A DNA stretch of 64,000 nt from an uncultured Chloroflexia bacterium (GTDB lineage: Bacteria > Chloroflexota > Limnocylindria > Limnocylindrales > CSP1-4). The notes under the pieces are model-generated. The model saw only the letters and a list, made by a program, of their open reading frames with translations. It was not told the DNA's origin and made no database searches. Each line of letters opens with the position of its first letter. Positions within the stretch are counted from its first letter, which is position 1. Location: positions 1 through 64,000 of the forward strand of contig CAVTHS010000010.1 of NCBI GenBank assembly GCA_963734535.1, written 5' to 3'. The position numbers and the translations under genes are program-made. Below, piece after piece: positions 11,769 through 21,624 of the stretch.

Positions 11769-11942
11769 GGGCGAGACATCGTACCGGGGCGGTGACAGGT
11801 GAGCCGGCGTGCCCTGCACTGCCTGCTGGCGAATGTGTCGCCCCGACGCGGAGGCGGACATGGACATCATGGAGGGCTGTTCGGACGCGTCGCTCTGCGC
11901 GGACGGGTTGCGGGCTCCCCGGACAGGGCGCATCCTCCTGGC

Positions 11943-13076
11943 ATGGTCAGCGACGTCATCGATCTCACGCGGCGCCTCGTCTCCATCGAGTCCGTCAACC
12001 CGACGCTCGCGCCGGGAGGTGCCGGGGAGGGCGAGATCGCGCGGTTCGTCACCGCATGGGCCCAGGACGCCGGCCTGACGGCCGAGACGATCCCTTCCCC
12101 CGACGGGCGGCCGAGCGTCATCGTGCGCGGCCCGCGCACGGGCGCCGGTCCGACCCTGATGCTGTGCGGGCACCTCGACACCGTCGGCCTCGGCGCGATG
12201 GAACACCCGCTGGATCCCCGTCTCGACGGCGACCGGCTGCTCGGGCGCGGCGCCTACGACATGAAGGGCGGCCTGGCCGCCGCGCTCGTCGCGTGCCGCG
12301 ACGCGAGCCGCGCCGGCGTCAACGGGCAGGTGATCGTCGCGGCCGTCGCCGACGAGGAGCACGCCAGCCTCGGCATCCAGGCCGTCCTCGAGCAGGTCAC
12401 GGCCGACGCCGCCATCATCACCGAACCCACCGAGCTCGCGGTCGGGATCGCCCACCGGGGGTTCGCCTGGATCGAGATCGAGGTCCTCGGCAAGGCGGCC
12501 CATGGCTCCCGGCCGCACCTCGGCGTCGACGCCATCTTCCGGACGGGCCCGGTGATCGCCGCGCTCGAGGCGTACAACGCAGGGCTCCAGGGTTCGGCGC
12601 ACCCGCTCCTCGGTCCGCCGCTGTTGCACGCGTCCCTCATCGCGGGCGGGTCGGAGATCGCCACGCTTCCCGATCGCGTCCTGCTCAGCGTGGAACGCCG
12701 CACGATCCCCGGTGAGACGCCGGCACAGGTCCTGGCCGAGATCGACATGGTGCTGGACGCCTGCCGCGCCGCCGACCCGGCCCTGCGCGCCTCGGCACGC
12801 GTGACGCTCGCCCGGGACCCCTTCGAGATCGACGCTGCCGATCCGTTCGTGGAGCTGGTTCGCGCCGCCGCGGCAGGGGTGCTGGGCGCCCAGCCGGCGA
12901 TCGAAGGACTCTCCTTCTGGGCAGACTCGGCGTTCACCGCGGCAGCCGGAATCCCGACGCTGCTCTTCGGACCCGTCGGCGCCGGCGCCCACGCTGACGA
13001 CGAATGGGTCAGCGCCGAGAGCGTGATCGCCTGCGCGGCTGCGCTCACCGCCACGGCCCGCGCCTTCTGCCGCTGA
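11943..13076 (+). CDS. M20 family peptidase/deacylase (ArgE/DapE-like)
   Basis: GHLDTV, GRGAYDMKGG, DEEH, TEPT, GKAAHGS and AHADDEWV motifs. Confidence 0.92.
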   Translation: MVSDVIDLTRRLVSIESVNPTLAPGGAGEGEIARFVTAWAQDAGLTAETIPSPDGRPSVIVRGPRTGAGPTLMLCGHLDTVGLGAMEHPLDPRLDGDRLLGRGAYDMKGGLAAALVACRDASRAGVNGQVIVAAVADEEHASLGIQAVLEQVTADAAIITEPTELAVGIAHRGFAWIEIEVLGKAAHGSRPHLGVDAIFRTGPVIAALEAYNAGLQGSAHPLLGPPLLHASLIAGGSEIATLPDRVLLSVERRTIPGETPAQVLAEIDMVLDACRAADPALRASARVTLARDPFEIDAADPFVELVRAAAAGVLGAQPAIEGLSFWADSAFTAAAGIPTLLFGPVGAGAHADDEWVSAESVIACAAALTATARAFCR

Positions 13077-13109
13077 CAGGCCGGCTTCCGGGTCGGATCG
13101 ATCGCCGGG

Positions 13110-14348
13110 TCAGTCCGCGCCCGCGTGGACGATGAGCTCGAACTGGCGCCACAGGATCGCCACGAGCAGCGCCGAGCCCACGAACCCGAACCAGAACGGG
13201 GCGGTGATCCCGTAGGACCGTGCGAGCAGGCCGCCGAGTGGCGTCCCGACCACCAGCCCGCCGACGATCGCCACCCGGTAGACGCCCGTCACGCGCCCCA
13301 GCAGCTCGTCGGGCACCGCGCGCTGACGGACGACGGTCGACGTCGTGCCCCAGACGAACGCGTGCGCCCCGAACACCACGAGCGTGACGAACGCGATCGA
13401 AGGTGACGTGGTCAGGGCGAGCACCAGGTGGGTGCAGGTCTCGATGACCAGCCCGACGCGCATGATGTCGGCCAGCGAGAAGCGCCGCTCCAGCCGCCCG
13501 TAGAGCGAGATCCCGAGGACCCCACCGATCGCCACCGCGGTGGTCAGGAGCCCGAACCCCACCTCGTCCATCCGGAGTCGCTCGCCTGCGTACAGGACCA
13601 GCACCGACCATGCCGCCCCGTACGTGATGTTGAACGTGAAGATGGTGACTGCGAGCGTTCGCATCGGGGGATGGGCCATGAGCCACCGGATGCCTTCGAC
13701 CATCTCTGCGCGCAGGCCGCTCCCCTCCCCTGGCCGGCTGCGCGGGCCGGTCACGACGCGCGAGACGAGCACGGCTCCCAGGGCGAAACAGGCCGCATTG
13801 GTCGCGAACGGCAGGGCCATGCCAACGGCGAACAGGAAGGCGCCGATCGGCGGCGTCAGCAGCTGGTTCGTCAGCAGGAACGCACCCTGCATTCGCGCGT
13901 TCGCGATGCCGAGGTCCTGGCGGGCCACGAGGCCCGGGATCAGCGTGCTGCTGGCGGAGTCGGCGAAGGTCTCCGCGGTCCCCAGGACGAACAGCACCGC
14001 CAGCACGATGGCGATGTTGACCGCACCGGTCGCGATCACCGCGACCAACGCGCCGAGCACGATGGCGCGACCCACGTTCACCACGACGACCATCCGGCGC
14101 CGGTTGAACCGGTCCGCCGCCGCCCCGCCGAGGACCCCGAACAGCAGGACCGGGAGGTACTCGCTCATGAGCGCCATCGAGACGAGGAACGGATCGTGCG
14201 TCTGTGACGCGACGAGCAGCGGGCCGGCCGAGATGACCACGCCGTCGCCCGCGTTGTTGATGATGGTCGCTGCCAGGAGCCAGCGGAAGCTCCGTCCGAG
14301 CCTGCTCGGGGCGACGGTCTCGGCGATGCGGGCAGGGAGGGGGCGCAT
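13110..14348 (-). CDS. MFS transporter
   Basis: GAAADRFNRRR motif A, about 12 TM segments, RQRAVPDELLGRV. Confidence 0.9.
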   Translation of the reverse strand: MRPLPARIAETVAPSRLGRSFRWLLAATIINNAGDGVVISAGPLLVASQTHDPFLVSMALMSEYLPVLLFGVLGGAAADRFNRRRMVVVVNVGRAIVLGALVAVIATGAVNIAIVLAVLFVLGTAETFADSASSTLIPGLVARQDLGIANARMQGAFLLTNQLLTPPIGAFLFAVGMALPFATNAACFALGAVLVSRVVTGPRSRPGEGSGLRAEMVEGIRWLMAHPPMRTLAVTIFTFNITYGAAWSVLVLYAGERLRMDEVGFGLLTTAVAIGGVLGISLYGRLERRFSLADIMRVGLVIETCTHLVLALTTSPSIAFVTLVVFGAHAFVWGTTSTVVRQRAVPDELLGRVTGVYRVAIVGGLVVGTPLGGLLARSYGITAPFWFGFVGSALLVAILWRQFELIVHAGAD

Positions 14349-14590
14349 GGGACAGAGGGTACCAACGCGCCTGGCGCCTCAGCGGGCGAGTCGGGGCGAA
14401 CGATCAGGCGCCACAGGTGCGGGCGCGGGGTCCGTGGGCGCTGCCGACGTGTGCTGTCCTGGTCGCCAAGGCGGTCGAAAGCTCGCTCGCGGCCGAAGGG
14501 CTACCATCCGCACCTACCTCGGCCCGGGCCGATCGCTCGAGCCAGTCGAGTCGCCCGCCGCACCACCGATTGCCGTGAGGAACAGGATCA

Positions 14591-16276
14591 ATGGAAGCGT
14601 CCCCCTTTGACCCGACCGTCGATGTCGCGACCCCGGACAACGATCCGGCGCTCGGCCTGGAGCGGCGAGCCAAGTTCGAGATCCTCGGCGCGATCCTGCT
14701 GGGCATGTTCCTGGCGGCCCTGGACCAGACGATCGTCGGCCCGGTCCTCCCCCGGATCGTGACCGAGCTCAAGGGCGCCGACTACTACACGTGGGTCGTC
14801 ACGATCTTCCTCGTGACGAGCACGATCACCGTCCCGGTCTACGGCAAGCTGTCCGACCTCTACGGTCGCCGGCCAATGCTCCTCTTCGGAATCACGCTCT
14901 TCCTGGTCGGCTCGGCCCTGTCGGGCCTGAGCCAGACGATGTGGCAGCTGATCCTCTTCCGGGGCATCCAGGGGCTGGGAGCGGGCGCCATCTTCCCGAT
15001 CGCCCTCGCGGTCATCGGCGACCTGTTCACGCCGGCCGAGCGCGGCAAGTACCAGGGCCTCTTCGGGGCCGTCTTCGGGATCGCCTTCCTGATCGGGCCC
15101 GGGCTCGGAGGGTTCCTCACCGACAGCTTCAGCTGGCACTGGGTCTTCTTCGTCAACCTGCCCATCGGCCTCGTCGCGCTGGCGGTCATCGGCCGGCTGC
15201 TTCCGAACATCAAGGGGCGACGGCGTGACATCCGGATCGACTATCTCGGGGTGATCACCCTGACCCTCGGGCTCATGCCGATCCTTGTCGGGTTGACCGT
15301 CGCCGAGACGTCGCAATGGAGCGATCCGGCAGTGTGGGGCAGCATCGCGGCCGGGGTCGTCTTCCTCGTCCTGTTCGTGCTGGTCGAGGCGCGGGCCGCG
15401 GAGCCGATCATCCCGCTCCACCTGTTCCGCATCCGCACGTTCAGCGCCTCGATGGGCGCGATCTTCCTGGCGACCTTCGGGTTCGGGGCCGCGATCATCT
15501 TCCTGCCCCTCTACTTCCAGATCGTCGAGGGCGCGAGCGCCACCGCCTCGGGCTACAAGCTGCTGCCGTTCCTGGGTGGCCTGATCATCAGCTCGATCGC
15601 CTCGGGCATCATCGTGAGCCGGACCGGCCGCTACAAGGCGGTCGTCCTCGCAGGGCTCGTGATCCTGGCGATCGGCCTGGCCCTGATGTCCAATCTCCGC
15701 GCCGACACGCCCGACCTCCTCCTGTCGGGCTGGATGTTCGTGGCCGGGTTCGGCGTCGGCCCGACGTTCGCCGTCTTCACGATCATCGTCCAGAATGCGG
15801 TCCCGTTCAGCGAGCTGGGCGCCGCCACCGCCGATCTCACCCTGTTCCGCCAGATCGGCACGACGATGGGCCTGACGCTCGCCTTCACGTTCTTCCGCGA
15901 CAACCTGACGTGGGGCCTGCTCCACGACCAGATCGTGGCCGCCGGGGCGCCCGCCGCCCTCGTGCCGACGAGCCCGCCGCCGGGCTTCGACCTCGGCTCG
16001 CTGACATCGGTGACGAGCAACGGCGATCCGCTGGCATTCCTGACCCAGCTGCCGGCCCAGCTCCAGGGGGTGTTCATCCAGGGGTTCCACCAGGCGTTCA
16101 CGATCGCGCTCGCGAACTCCATGCTGCTCGGCGTGGGAGCAGCGGTGCTGGCGGTCGTCGTCTCGCTCCTTCTCAGGGAGGTCCCGCTGCGCGGGCGCTT
16201 CGGGGCGGAATCCGGGACCGATGGCCGTCGCGCCCCTGATCCGGTGCGTTCGACCCGCGTGCCGGTGCTCGACTGA
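14591..16276 (+). CDS. DHA2 family (EmrB/QacA) MFS drug efflux transporter
   Basis: LAALDQTIV, GKLSDLYGRR and WHWVFFVNLPIG motifs; about 14 TM segments. Confidence 0.93.
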   Translation: MEASPFDPTVDVATPDNDPALGLERRAKFEILGAILLGMFLAALDQTIVGPVLPRIVTELKGADYYTWVVTIFLVTSTITVPVYGKLSDLYGRRPMLLFGITLFLVGSALSGLSQTMWQLILFRGIQGLGAGAIFPIALAVIGDLFTPAERGKYQGLFGAVFGIAFLIGPGLGGFLTDSFSWHWVFFVNLPIGLVALAVIGRLLPNIKGRRRDIRIDYLGVITLTLGLMPILVGLTVAETSQWSDPAVWGSIAAGVVFLVLFVLVEARAAEPIIPLHLFRIRTFSASMGAIFLATFGFGAAIIFLPLYFQIVEGASATASGYKLLPFLGGLIISSIASGIIVSRTGRYKAVVLAGLVILAIGLALMSNLRADTPDLLLSGWMFVAGFGVGPTFAVFTIIVQNAVPFSELGAATADLTLFRQIGTTMGLTLAFTFFRDNLTWGLLHDQIVAAGAPAALVPTSPPPGFDLGSLTSVTSNGDPLAFLTQLPAQLQGVFIQGFHQAFTIALANSMLLGVGAAVLAVVVSLLLREVPLRGRFGAESGTDGRRAPDPVRSTRVPVLD

Positions 16277-16289
16277 CCAGCACCCCGGG

Positions 16290-17219
16290 ATGACGCAGCG
16301 GGGCCTGCTCCTGTTCGGCCTGTTGTCCGTCATCTGGGGCATCCCGTACTTCTTCATCCGGATCGCGGTGGCCGAAGTCACGCCGGCCACCCTCGTGTTC
16401 GCGCGCACGGCGATCGCGGCGCTCGTCCTGCTGCCGATCGCCATCACCCGGGTCGACCTTCGTGCCGTGCTCCGGCGCTGGCGCTGGGTCGTCGCGTTCG
16501 CGGTGGTGGAGATCGCCGTGCCATGGGTGCTCCTCGGATCCGCGGAGCAGCACATCTCGAGCTCGCTCGCCGGGCTCCTCGTCGCGGGCGTCCCGCTCGT
16601 CGGCGGCGCGATCGCGCTGACCACGGGAGGCGCAGATCGCCTCGGCCAAACGGCAGTGCTCGGGCTGCTCGTCGGCCTCGCCGGCGTGGTCGCGATCGTC
16701 GGCGGCGACTTCGAGGCGTCGGACGCGACGGCGCTGCTCCAGGTGGGGGTCGTCGTCGTCGGCTACGCCGTCGGACCCGCGATCCTCTCGCGACGCCTGG
16801 GAGGCCTGCCCTCCGTCGGCGTGATGGCACTCTCGCTCGCGTTGTGCGCGGTGGTGTACGCGCCGATCGCCGTCTTGCAGCGCCCGCGGCGATGCCCTCG
16901 GCCAACGCGCTCGCCTCGGTTGCGATCCTGGCGATCGTCTGTACCGCGGCTGCGTTCCTCCTGTTCGCCGCCCTGATCGCGGAGATCGGGCCGGTCCGCG
17001 CGACGGTCATCACGTACGTGAACCCGGCGGTCGCGGCCGTGCTGGGCGTGCTCGTCCTCCACGAGACCTTCACGGCCGGCATGGGCCGTCGGATTCGGCC
17101 TCGTGATCCTCGGCTCGACCCTCGCGACCCGACCGTCGCGACCGGCCGAGCGACCGGGCGGCGCCCCGCTGAACGCCGTCCGGTTCGCGGCGCCGCCATC
17201 GGACGGGCCGGTCGCGTGA
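16290..17219 (+). CDS. EamA/DMT family transporter (apparent frameshifts near 16884 and 17084)
   Basis: WGIPYFFIRIAV and EQHISSSLAG; the second frame gives LIAEIGPVRATVITYVNPAVA; the third gives VGFGLVILGS...PVA*. Confidence 0.8.
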
Positions 17220-17452
17220 CCGACGGGGCATTCCGGGCCACGGGGCAGACGCACGGAGTGCCGACGATCCGGGTCGGGAGCACGGCTCGGTGGGCCTCAC
17301 GGCGGCCGACATCGACGTCGACCGCGCGAGTCGTCTGCCTCGCGCTGCGCTGGGCGCCCGAGCGCAACGTCAGGGTCGCGGATGTGGAGGGCGACATCCT
17401 GGCCGCCGATCGAGCGGGCGGGGCGGCCTGAGCTCGACCGTGCGGTGCCGGA

Positions 17453-18127
17453 TCAGGTCCGGAGGACGACCGGCCGCACCCCGTACACCCTGCCCTGCCT
17501 GAGCGCCAGGTCCTCGAGCTCGGTCGTCGTCCGGACGTCGTAGGTCGCGAGCTCGACCAGCGCAGCAGCGGGCAGGTAGCGGCGACCTGGGTCGCCGACC
17601 AGGATGTCCATGCCGGAATCGCGGGCACGCTGCAGCCACGGCAGGACGCGCGAGGCCAGGCCCGCCTCATACCAGCAGTCGCCGGCGAGGATGACGTCCG
17701 CGTCGGGTGGCTCCTCGTCGAGCACGTCGCGGCAGAGCGCGGTCACGCGACGGCCGTTGGCGCGCGCGTTGAGCTTGATCGCTGCGACGGCGAAGGCGTC
17801 GATGTCGGCGCCCGTCGCCTGCGCCGCTCCGGCGCCCATCGACGCGATCGCGCACAGCCCGGAGCCGGATGCGAGGTCGAACACCCGGCGACCCGCCACT
17901 GCCTCCGGATGCTCTCGCAGGTAGCGGCTGATCGCGAGCCCGCCGGCCCAGGCGAACGCCCAGTACGGCAGGGGCGCGTCCGGGTCACCCGTCTCGACCT
18001 GGACGGCGTGCATCAGCGGCATCACCTCGTCCGCCAGGTGGAGGCGGACCTCCTCGAGACCCGGCACGGGTCGGAGGAGCGTGTGGCGGAGGACGAAGGC
18101 GCGGGCCGAGGCAGCCATCGGAGGCAT
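17453..18127 (-). CDS. Class I SAM-dependent methyltransferase (COG3897/PrmA-like)
   Basis: YWAFAWAGG, DLASGSG, LAGDCWYE and GDPGRRYLP motifs. Confidence 0.85.
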   Translation of the reverse strand: MPPMAASARAFVLRHTLLRPVPGLEEVRLHLADEVMPLMHAVQVETGDPDAPLPYWAFAWAGGLAISRYLREHPEAVAGRRVFDLASGSGLCAIASMGAGAAQATGADIDAFAVAAIKLNARANGRRVTALCRDVLDEEPPDADVILAGDCWYEAGLASRVLPWLQRARDSGMDILVGDPGRRYLPAAALVELATYDVRTTTELEDLALRQGRVYGVRPVVLRT

Positions 18128-18130
18128 CGC

Positions 18131-18844
18131 CTACCGGAGCGTTGCCAGGAAGCGGAAGACCGGAAGTGCCGTCGCGTAGCCATCGGCAAGCAGGTCGGGC
18201 AGTCCGGGCGAGCAGACCTCGGCGTCCGACAGCCGGCGTCCGAAGACGACGTCCTTCCAGCGGAACATCTCCGCCATCGGATGATCCGGCGGGTAGCCCG
18301 CCGGGATACGCTTGAGCGAGTCGTGCGTCCGGACGCCGCCGAACCAGGCGACGAAGGCAGGCTCCTCGATCGCCTCCCGCACCCGATCCGGCGTCTCGAC
18401 GATCGCTCGCCGCAGGGCATCCAGCCGTGGCTTCTCGGCCCTCCACATCCCGCCGCCGGCGTACATCTCGCCCGGCTGGAAGTTGAAGTAGCCGCCGTTC
18501 CCATGGGCGCCGGCGTCGACCCCTTCCCCTGCTGCATCGGGGGCATCGATCCACGGGAAGCTGGCCCCGAGGTGGACCTTGTACGGCGACTTGTCCCGGC
18601 TGAACCTGACGTCGCGGTAGATCCGGAACGGTGAGCGATTCGGGTCAGCGTCGAGCGGGATGCTGCGGGCCGCCAGCCGATCGGCCAGCGCCACGCAGAG
18701 CGCCTCGAGCGGCTCCTTGAGCAGGCGCTCGTAGTCGGCTTTGCGGGGCTGGAACCAGGCGCGATCGTTGTTCTGCGCCAGGTCGGTCAGGAACTGGATC
18801 GCGCTGGGCGTGAATCCGGCGAAGGGTTGTGCGGCGACAGCCAT
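18131..18844 (-). CDS. DUF2461 family protein
   Basis: NNDRAWF and FRIYRDVRFSRDKSPYK signature. Confidence 0.92.
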   Translation of the reverse strand: MAVAAQPFAGFTPSAIQFLTDLAQNNDRAWFQPRKADYERLLKEPLEALCVALADRLAARSIPLDADPNRSPFRIYRDVRFSRDKSPYKVHLGASFPWIDAPDAAGEGVDAGAHGNGGYFNFQPGEMYAGGGMWRAEKPRLDALRRAIVETPDRVREAIEEPAFVAWFGGVRTHDSLKRIPAGYPPDHPMAEMFRWKDVVFGRRLSDAEVCSPGLPDLLADGYATALPVFRFLATLR

Positions 18845-18964
18845 CGGCGACCTCCTCGGCGACGATGGTCGGTCCTGGGACCCGCGAGATCAAGGGGGAT
18901 CCGCGTGACGCGGCCGGGTCGACCGAGTGAGTTGCCGCGAGCGTGCGTACGGCGCCGCCGCGAC

Positions 18965-18992
18965 GCCACCCATATATGGTATCGTGGGTGGC
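18965..18992 (+). promoter_or_regulatory. vapBC promoter/operator: extended -10 inside an inverted repeat
   Basis: GCCACCCA...TGGGTGGC inverted repeat, internal palindrome CCATATATGG (18970-18979), and TGgTATCGT (18977-18985) 7 nt before the ATG at 18993. Confidence 0.6.
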
Positions 18993-19322
18993 ATGGAGAA
19001 GACGACCGTCTACCTCACGACCCAGCAGAAGCAGGCGCTGGCAGATGCGGCGAGGGTCGAGGGTCGGAGCGAGGCCCGCCTGATTCGCGACGGGATCGAA
19101 TCCGTGACGGCCAGGCACCGGGTTGCCGGGCTCGCGATCCCGCTCGCCGAGGGCCTGCCGACCGGCCTGGACGGCCGCCCGGCGGATGACGTTCGCCGCC
19201 CGCGGTGGATGCCGCGTGACGAGTTCGTGTCGCGGTTCGTCGCCCAACCCGCGGATCGTGGCCTGCTGGACGAGATCCGCCGAATGGAGCCGGACACCAC
19301 CGACGACATTCGCATCCCGTGA
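18993..19322 (+). CDS. vapB: Antitoxin, RHH/CopG N-terminal domain
   Basis: MEKTTVYL...GRSEARLIRDGI RHH. Stop overlaps the PIN toxin start (GTGA). Confidence 0.8.
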   Translation: MEKTTVYLTTQQKQALADAARVEGRSEARLIRDGIESVTARHRVAGLAIPLAEGLPTGLDGRPADDVRRPRWMPRDEFVSRFVAQPADRGLLDEIRRMEPDTTDDIRIP

Positions 19323-19705
19323 GCGACGGGCTCGCCGACACCACGCTCTTCGTCGCACACGAGTCCGGGCGGCCGCTGCGAACCGACGCGCTGCCAGACC
19401 GTCTCGCCGTCTCGATCATCACGATCGGCGAGCTGCGAGCAGGCGTCCTGGCCGCAGGTGATCTCGCGTCGCGGGCTCGCCGGCTGGCGACGCTGACATC
19501 CGCGCTCGCTCTCGACCCGGTGCCCGTCGACGCCGGCGTCGCCGACGCGTGGGCGTGGCTTCGCGTTGCGCTCCGCGACATGCGGCTCCGGATGCCCGTG
19601 AACAACTCCTGGATCGCGGCGACGGCGATCTCGCTCGGCGTCCCGATCGTGACGCAGGACGACGACTACCTCGACGTTCCGGGCCTGGCCGTCATCCACG
19701 TCTGA
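19319..19705 (+). CDS. vapC: PIN-domain toxin
   Basis: DT motif near the N-terminus, ITIGEL, WIAATA and TQDDDY. Confidence 0.9.
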   Translation: MSDGLADTTLFVAHESGRPLRTDALPDRLAVSIITIGELRAGVLAAGDLASRARRLATLTSALALDPVPVDAGVADAWAWLRVALRDMRLRMPVNNSWIAATAISLGVPIVTQDDDYLDVPGLAVIHV

Positions 19706-19783
19706 ACGGGGCGTTCACCGCGTCGCTCGCCGCGACGTCGGCGCCCGGCTGCCGGCTCGCGCGTGGCGCGATACCGTACCGCC

Positions 19784-20509
19784 ATGACCCCTGACCTGGC
19801 GGACGGCCGGCACCTTCGCCTGCCCGGCACCCGAAATCTCCGCGACATCGGCGGCTACGCGGCGCATGGCGGCCGCCAGACGCGGTGGCGAACGCTGTAC
19901 CGAACGGATGCGCTCGATGTCATCCCGCCCGCGTCGCAGGACGCCCTGCGCGACCTCGGCCTGCGGACCGTGGTCGACCTTCGCTGGCCCCATGAGCTGA
20001 TCGAAGCGCCAAGCGTGTTTGCCACGGGAACCCGCGTTCGGTACCGGAGCATTCCGCTGATGGAGGACGACCCGACCCCGGCGATCGGCCTCGCGGCGAC
20101 CTACCGGAGGATCCTGGACGAGCGAGCGCCCCAGCTCGCCGACGTGGTCCGCACCCTGCTGGAGCCCGGTGGGCTGCCGGCCGTGATCGGCTGTGCCGCG
20201 GGCAAGGATCGGACCGGGGTGACCATCGCGCTCCTGCTCTCCGCCGTGGGGGTCGCGCCCGACGTGATCGTCGCGGACTACGTCCTCACCGCCCGCGCCT
20301 TCAGCCACCCGGACCCCGACGATCCTCACTTCCTCGACTGGCGGGCAGGGCCCGTCGAGCTGGAGTGCCCGCCGGAGTACATGGAGGCGATGCTCGGTCA
20401 CCTGGAAGCTCGCCACGGCGGCGCCGGCGACCTGCTGCGCCGAAACGGCCTTTCCCGGGCCGACCTGGAGCTTCTCGTCGAGCGCCTGACCGAAGCTGCG
20501 CACGGGTGA
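19784..20509 (+). CDS. Tyrosine-protein phosphatase (Y_phosphatase3/PtpB-like)
   Basis: NLRDIGG, VVDLR, CAAGKDRTG P-loop and DY motif. Confidence 0.9.
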   Translation: MTPDLADGRHLRLPGTRNLRDIGGYAAHGGRQTRWRTLYRTDALDVIPPASQDALRDLGLRTVVDLRWPHELIEAPSVFATGTRVRYRSIPLMEDDPTPAIGLAATYRRILDERAPQLADVVRTLLEPGGLPAVIGCAAGKDRTGVTIALLLSAVGVAPDVIVADYVLTARAFSHPDPDDPHFLDWRAGPVELECPPEYMEAMLGHLEARHGGAGDLLRRNGLSRADLELLVERLTEAAHG

Positions 20510-20600
20510 CCTCCCCGCGAGCGGCGCCAGTCGCGACGATCACGAGCGCCCGGGCCAGGCCGGCGGGCGCCACGGGCCGAGGGGCGCCCGGCTCGGGGGC

Positions 20601-20649
20601 GACGGGCCCCTGGCGGCCGACGGGCGCCTGGCGGCCACGGTGCTACCCT
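20601..20649 (+). promoter_or_regulatory. 18-bp tandem repeat followed by an extended -10 element
   Basis: GACGGGCCCCTGGCGGCC and GACGGGCGCCTGGCGGCC (20601-20636), then TGcTACCCT (20641-20649). Confidence 0.4.
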
Positions 20650-20709
20650 GAGGACGCCCGAGTCGCCATTCCGCGGTTCGAGGCGCGCCCAGGATCGGAC
20701 ACAACCCCC

Positions 20710-21000
20710 ATGGCTCGAACGAAGTTCACCACGCCCGAAGCACTGATCGTCATCTCGACAGACGGCTACTTCGACGTCTACCCGTCGGGACGGCTGCTCG
20801 CCAACGTCAAGCCGGCATATCGCGGGACGATCGACCTGCTCGACCGCGACGTGCGGATGGGCAACAAGCTCACCGTCCGACCCGATTCGATCGCCCTTCG
20901 CGTGGCGGTGGCGTCGTGGTCGTCCGAGCACGGGTCGGCTGCGGTCCGTGGCGATCTCGGTCGTGGCCGTGACGGCAAGCAGGTGGTTCCGGCCGCCTGA
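20710..21000 (+). CDS. Hypothetical protein (96 aa)
   Basis: MARTKFTTPEALIV...; GC3-rich codons and a protein-like composition, unlike the shadow frames. Confidence 0.7.
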   Translation: MARTKFTTPEALIVISTDGYFDVYPSGRLLANVKPAYRGTIDLLDRDVRMGNKLTVRPDSIALRVAVASWSSEHGSAAVRGDLGRGRDGKQVVPAA

Positions 21001-21038
21001 CCGGACCGGGGCGCCAGACCGCTCGCGACGCGGCACCC

Positions 21039-21536
21039 GTGGACGTCGACGCCGATCGCGTGCGCCTCGAGCAGGCGCTCGCCGCGTGCGGGGTCCCGTA
21101 CGAGCTGTTCCCGTGTGATCCCGCCCTCGCGGACACTGCGTCGTTCTGCGCGGCCTACGGCTTCGACCCGGCCGACTCGGCGAACACGATCATCATCGTC
21201 GGCAAGGCGGAGCCTCGCCGGTACGCGGCGTGCGTCGTCCTTGCGCCCCATCGGCTCGACGTGAATCGCGCGGTCCGGGCGCGGCTCGGCACGCGCCGGA
21301 CGTCGTTCGCGGCAGCCGACGAGACGCGGGATCTGACGGGCATGGAGATCGGCGGCGTCACGCCCTTCGGCCTGCCGCCCGGGCTCCCGCTGTGGGTCGA
21401 CGCCGCGGTCATGACCCGAGGGCGGATCGTCCTCGGCGGGGGAAGTCGAAGGTGGAAGGTGATCGCGCCGCCACGGATCCTGCTCTCGCTCCCGGAAGTC
21501 GAGATCGTCGAGGGCCTGGCGTCGGATCCGAGCTGA
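21039..21536 (+). CDS. YbaK/aminoacyl-tRNA deacylase superfamily protein (PA2301-like)
   Basis: TGMEIGGVTPFG motif, LGGGSR and ADTASFCAAY. Confidence 0.85.
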   Translation: MDVDADRVRLEQALAACGVPYELFPCDPALADTASFCAAYGFDPADSANTIIIVGKAEPRRYAACVVLAPHRLDVNRAVRARLGTRRTSFAAADETRDLTGMEIGGVTPFGLPPGLPLWVDAAVMTRGRIVLGGGSRRWKVIAPPRILLSLPEVEIVEGLASDPS

Positions 21537-21624
21537 GGGTCGGGAGGCTGGCCAGGTTGGGCGGCTCGCTCGTGCGGCGCCGGCCCGCGACGGGACTTCG
21601 AGCGTCGGGTAGGCTGCCCCCGAC

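Noticed and set aside
17220-17452. Small gene between EamA and the methyltransferase
   Set aside because: No frame has convincing coding features or an RBS.
18900-19750. vapBC as part of a mobile element or defence island
   Set aside because: No integrase, transposase, att-like repeats or compositional shift seen nearby.
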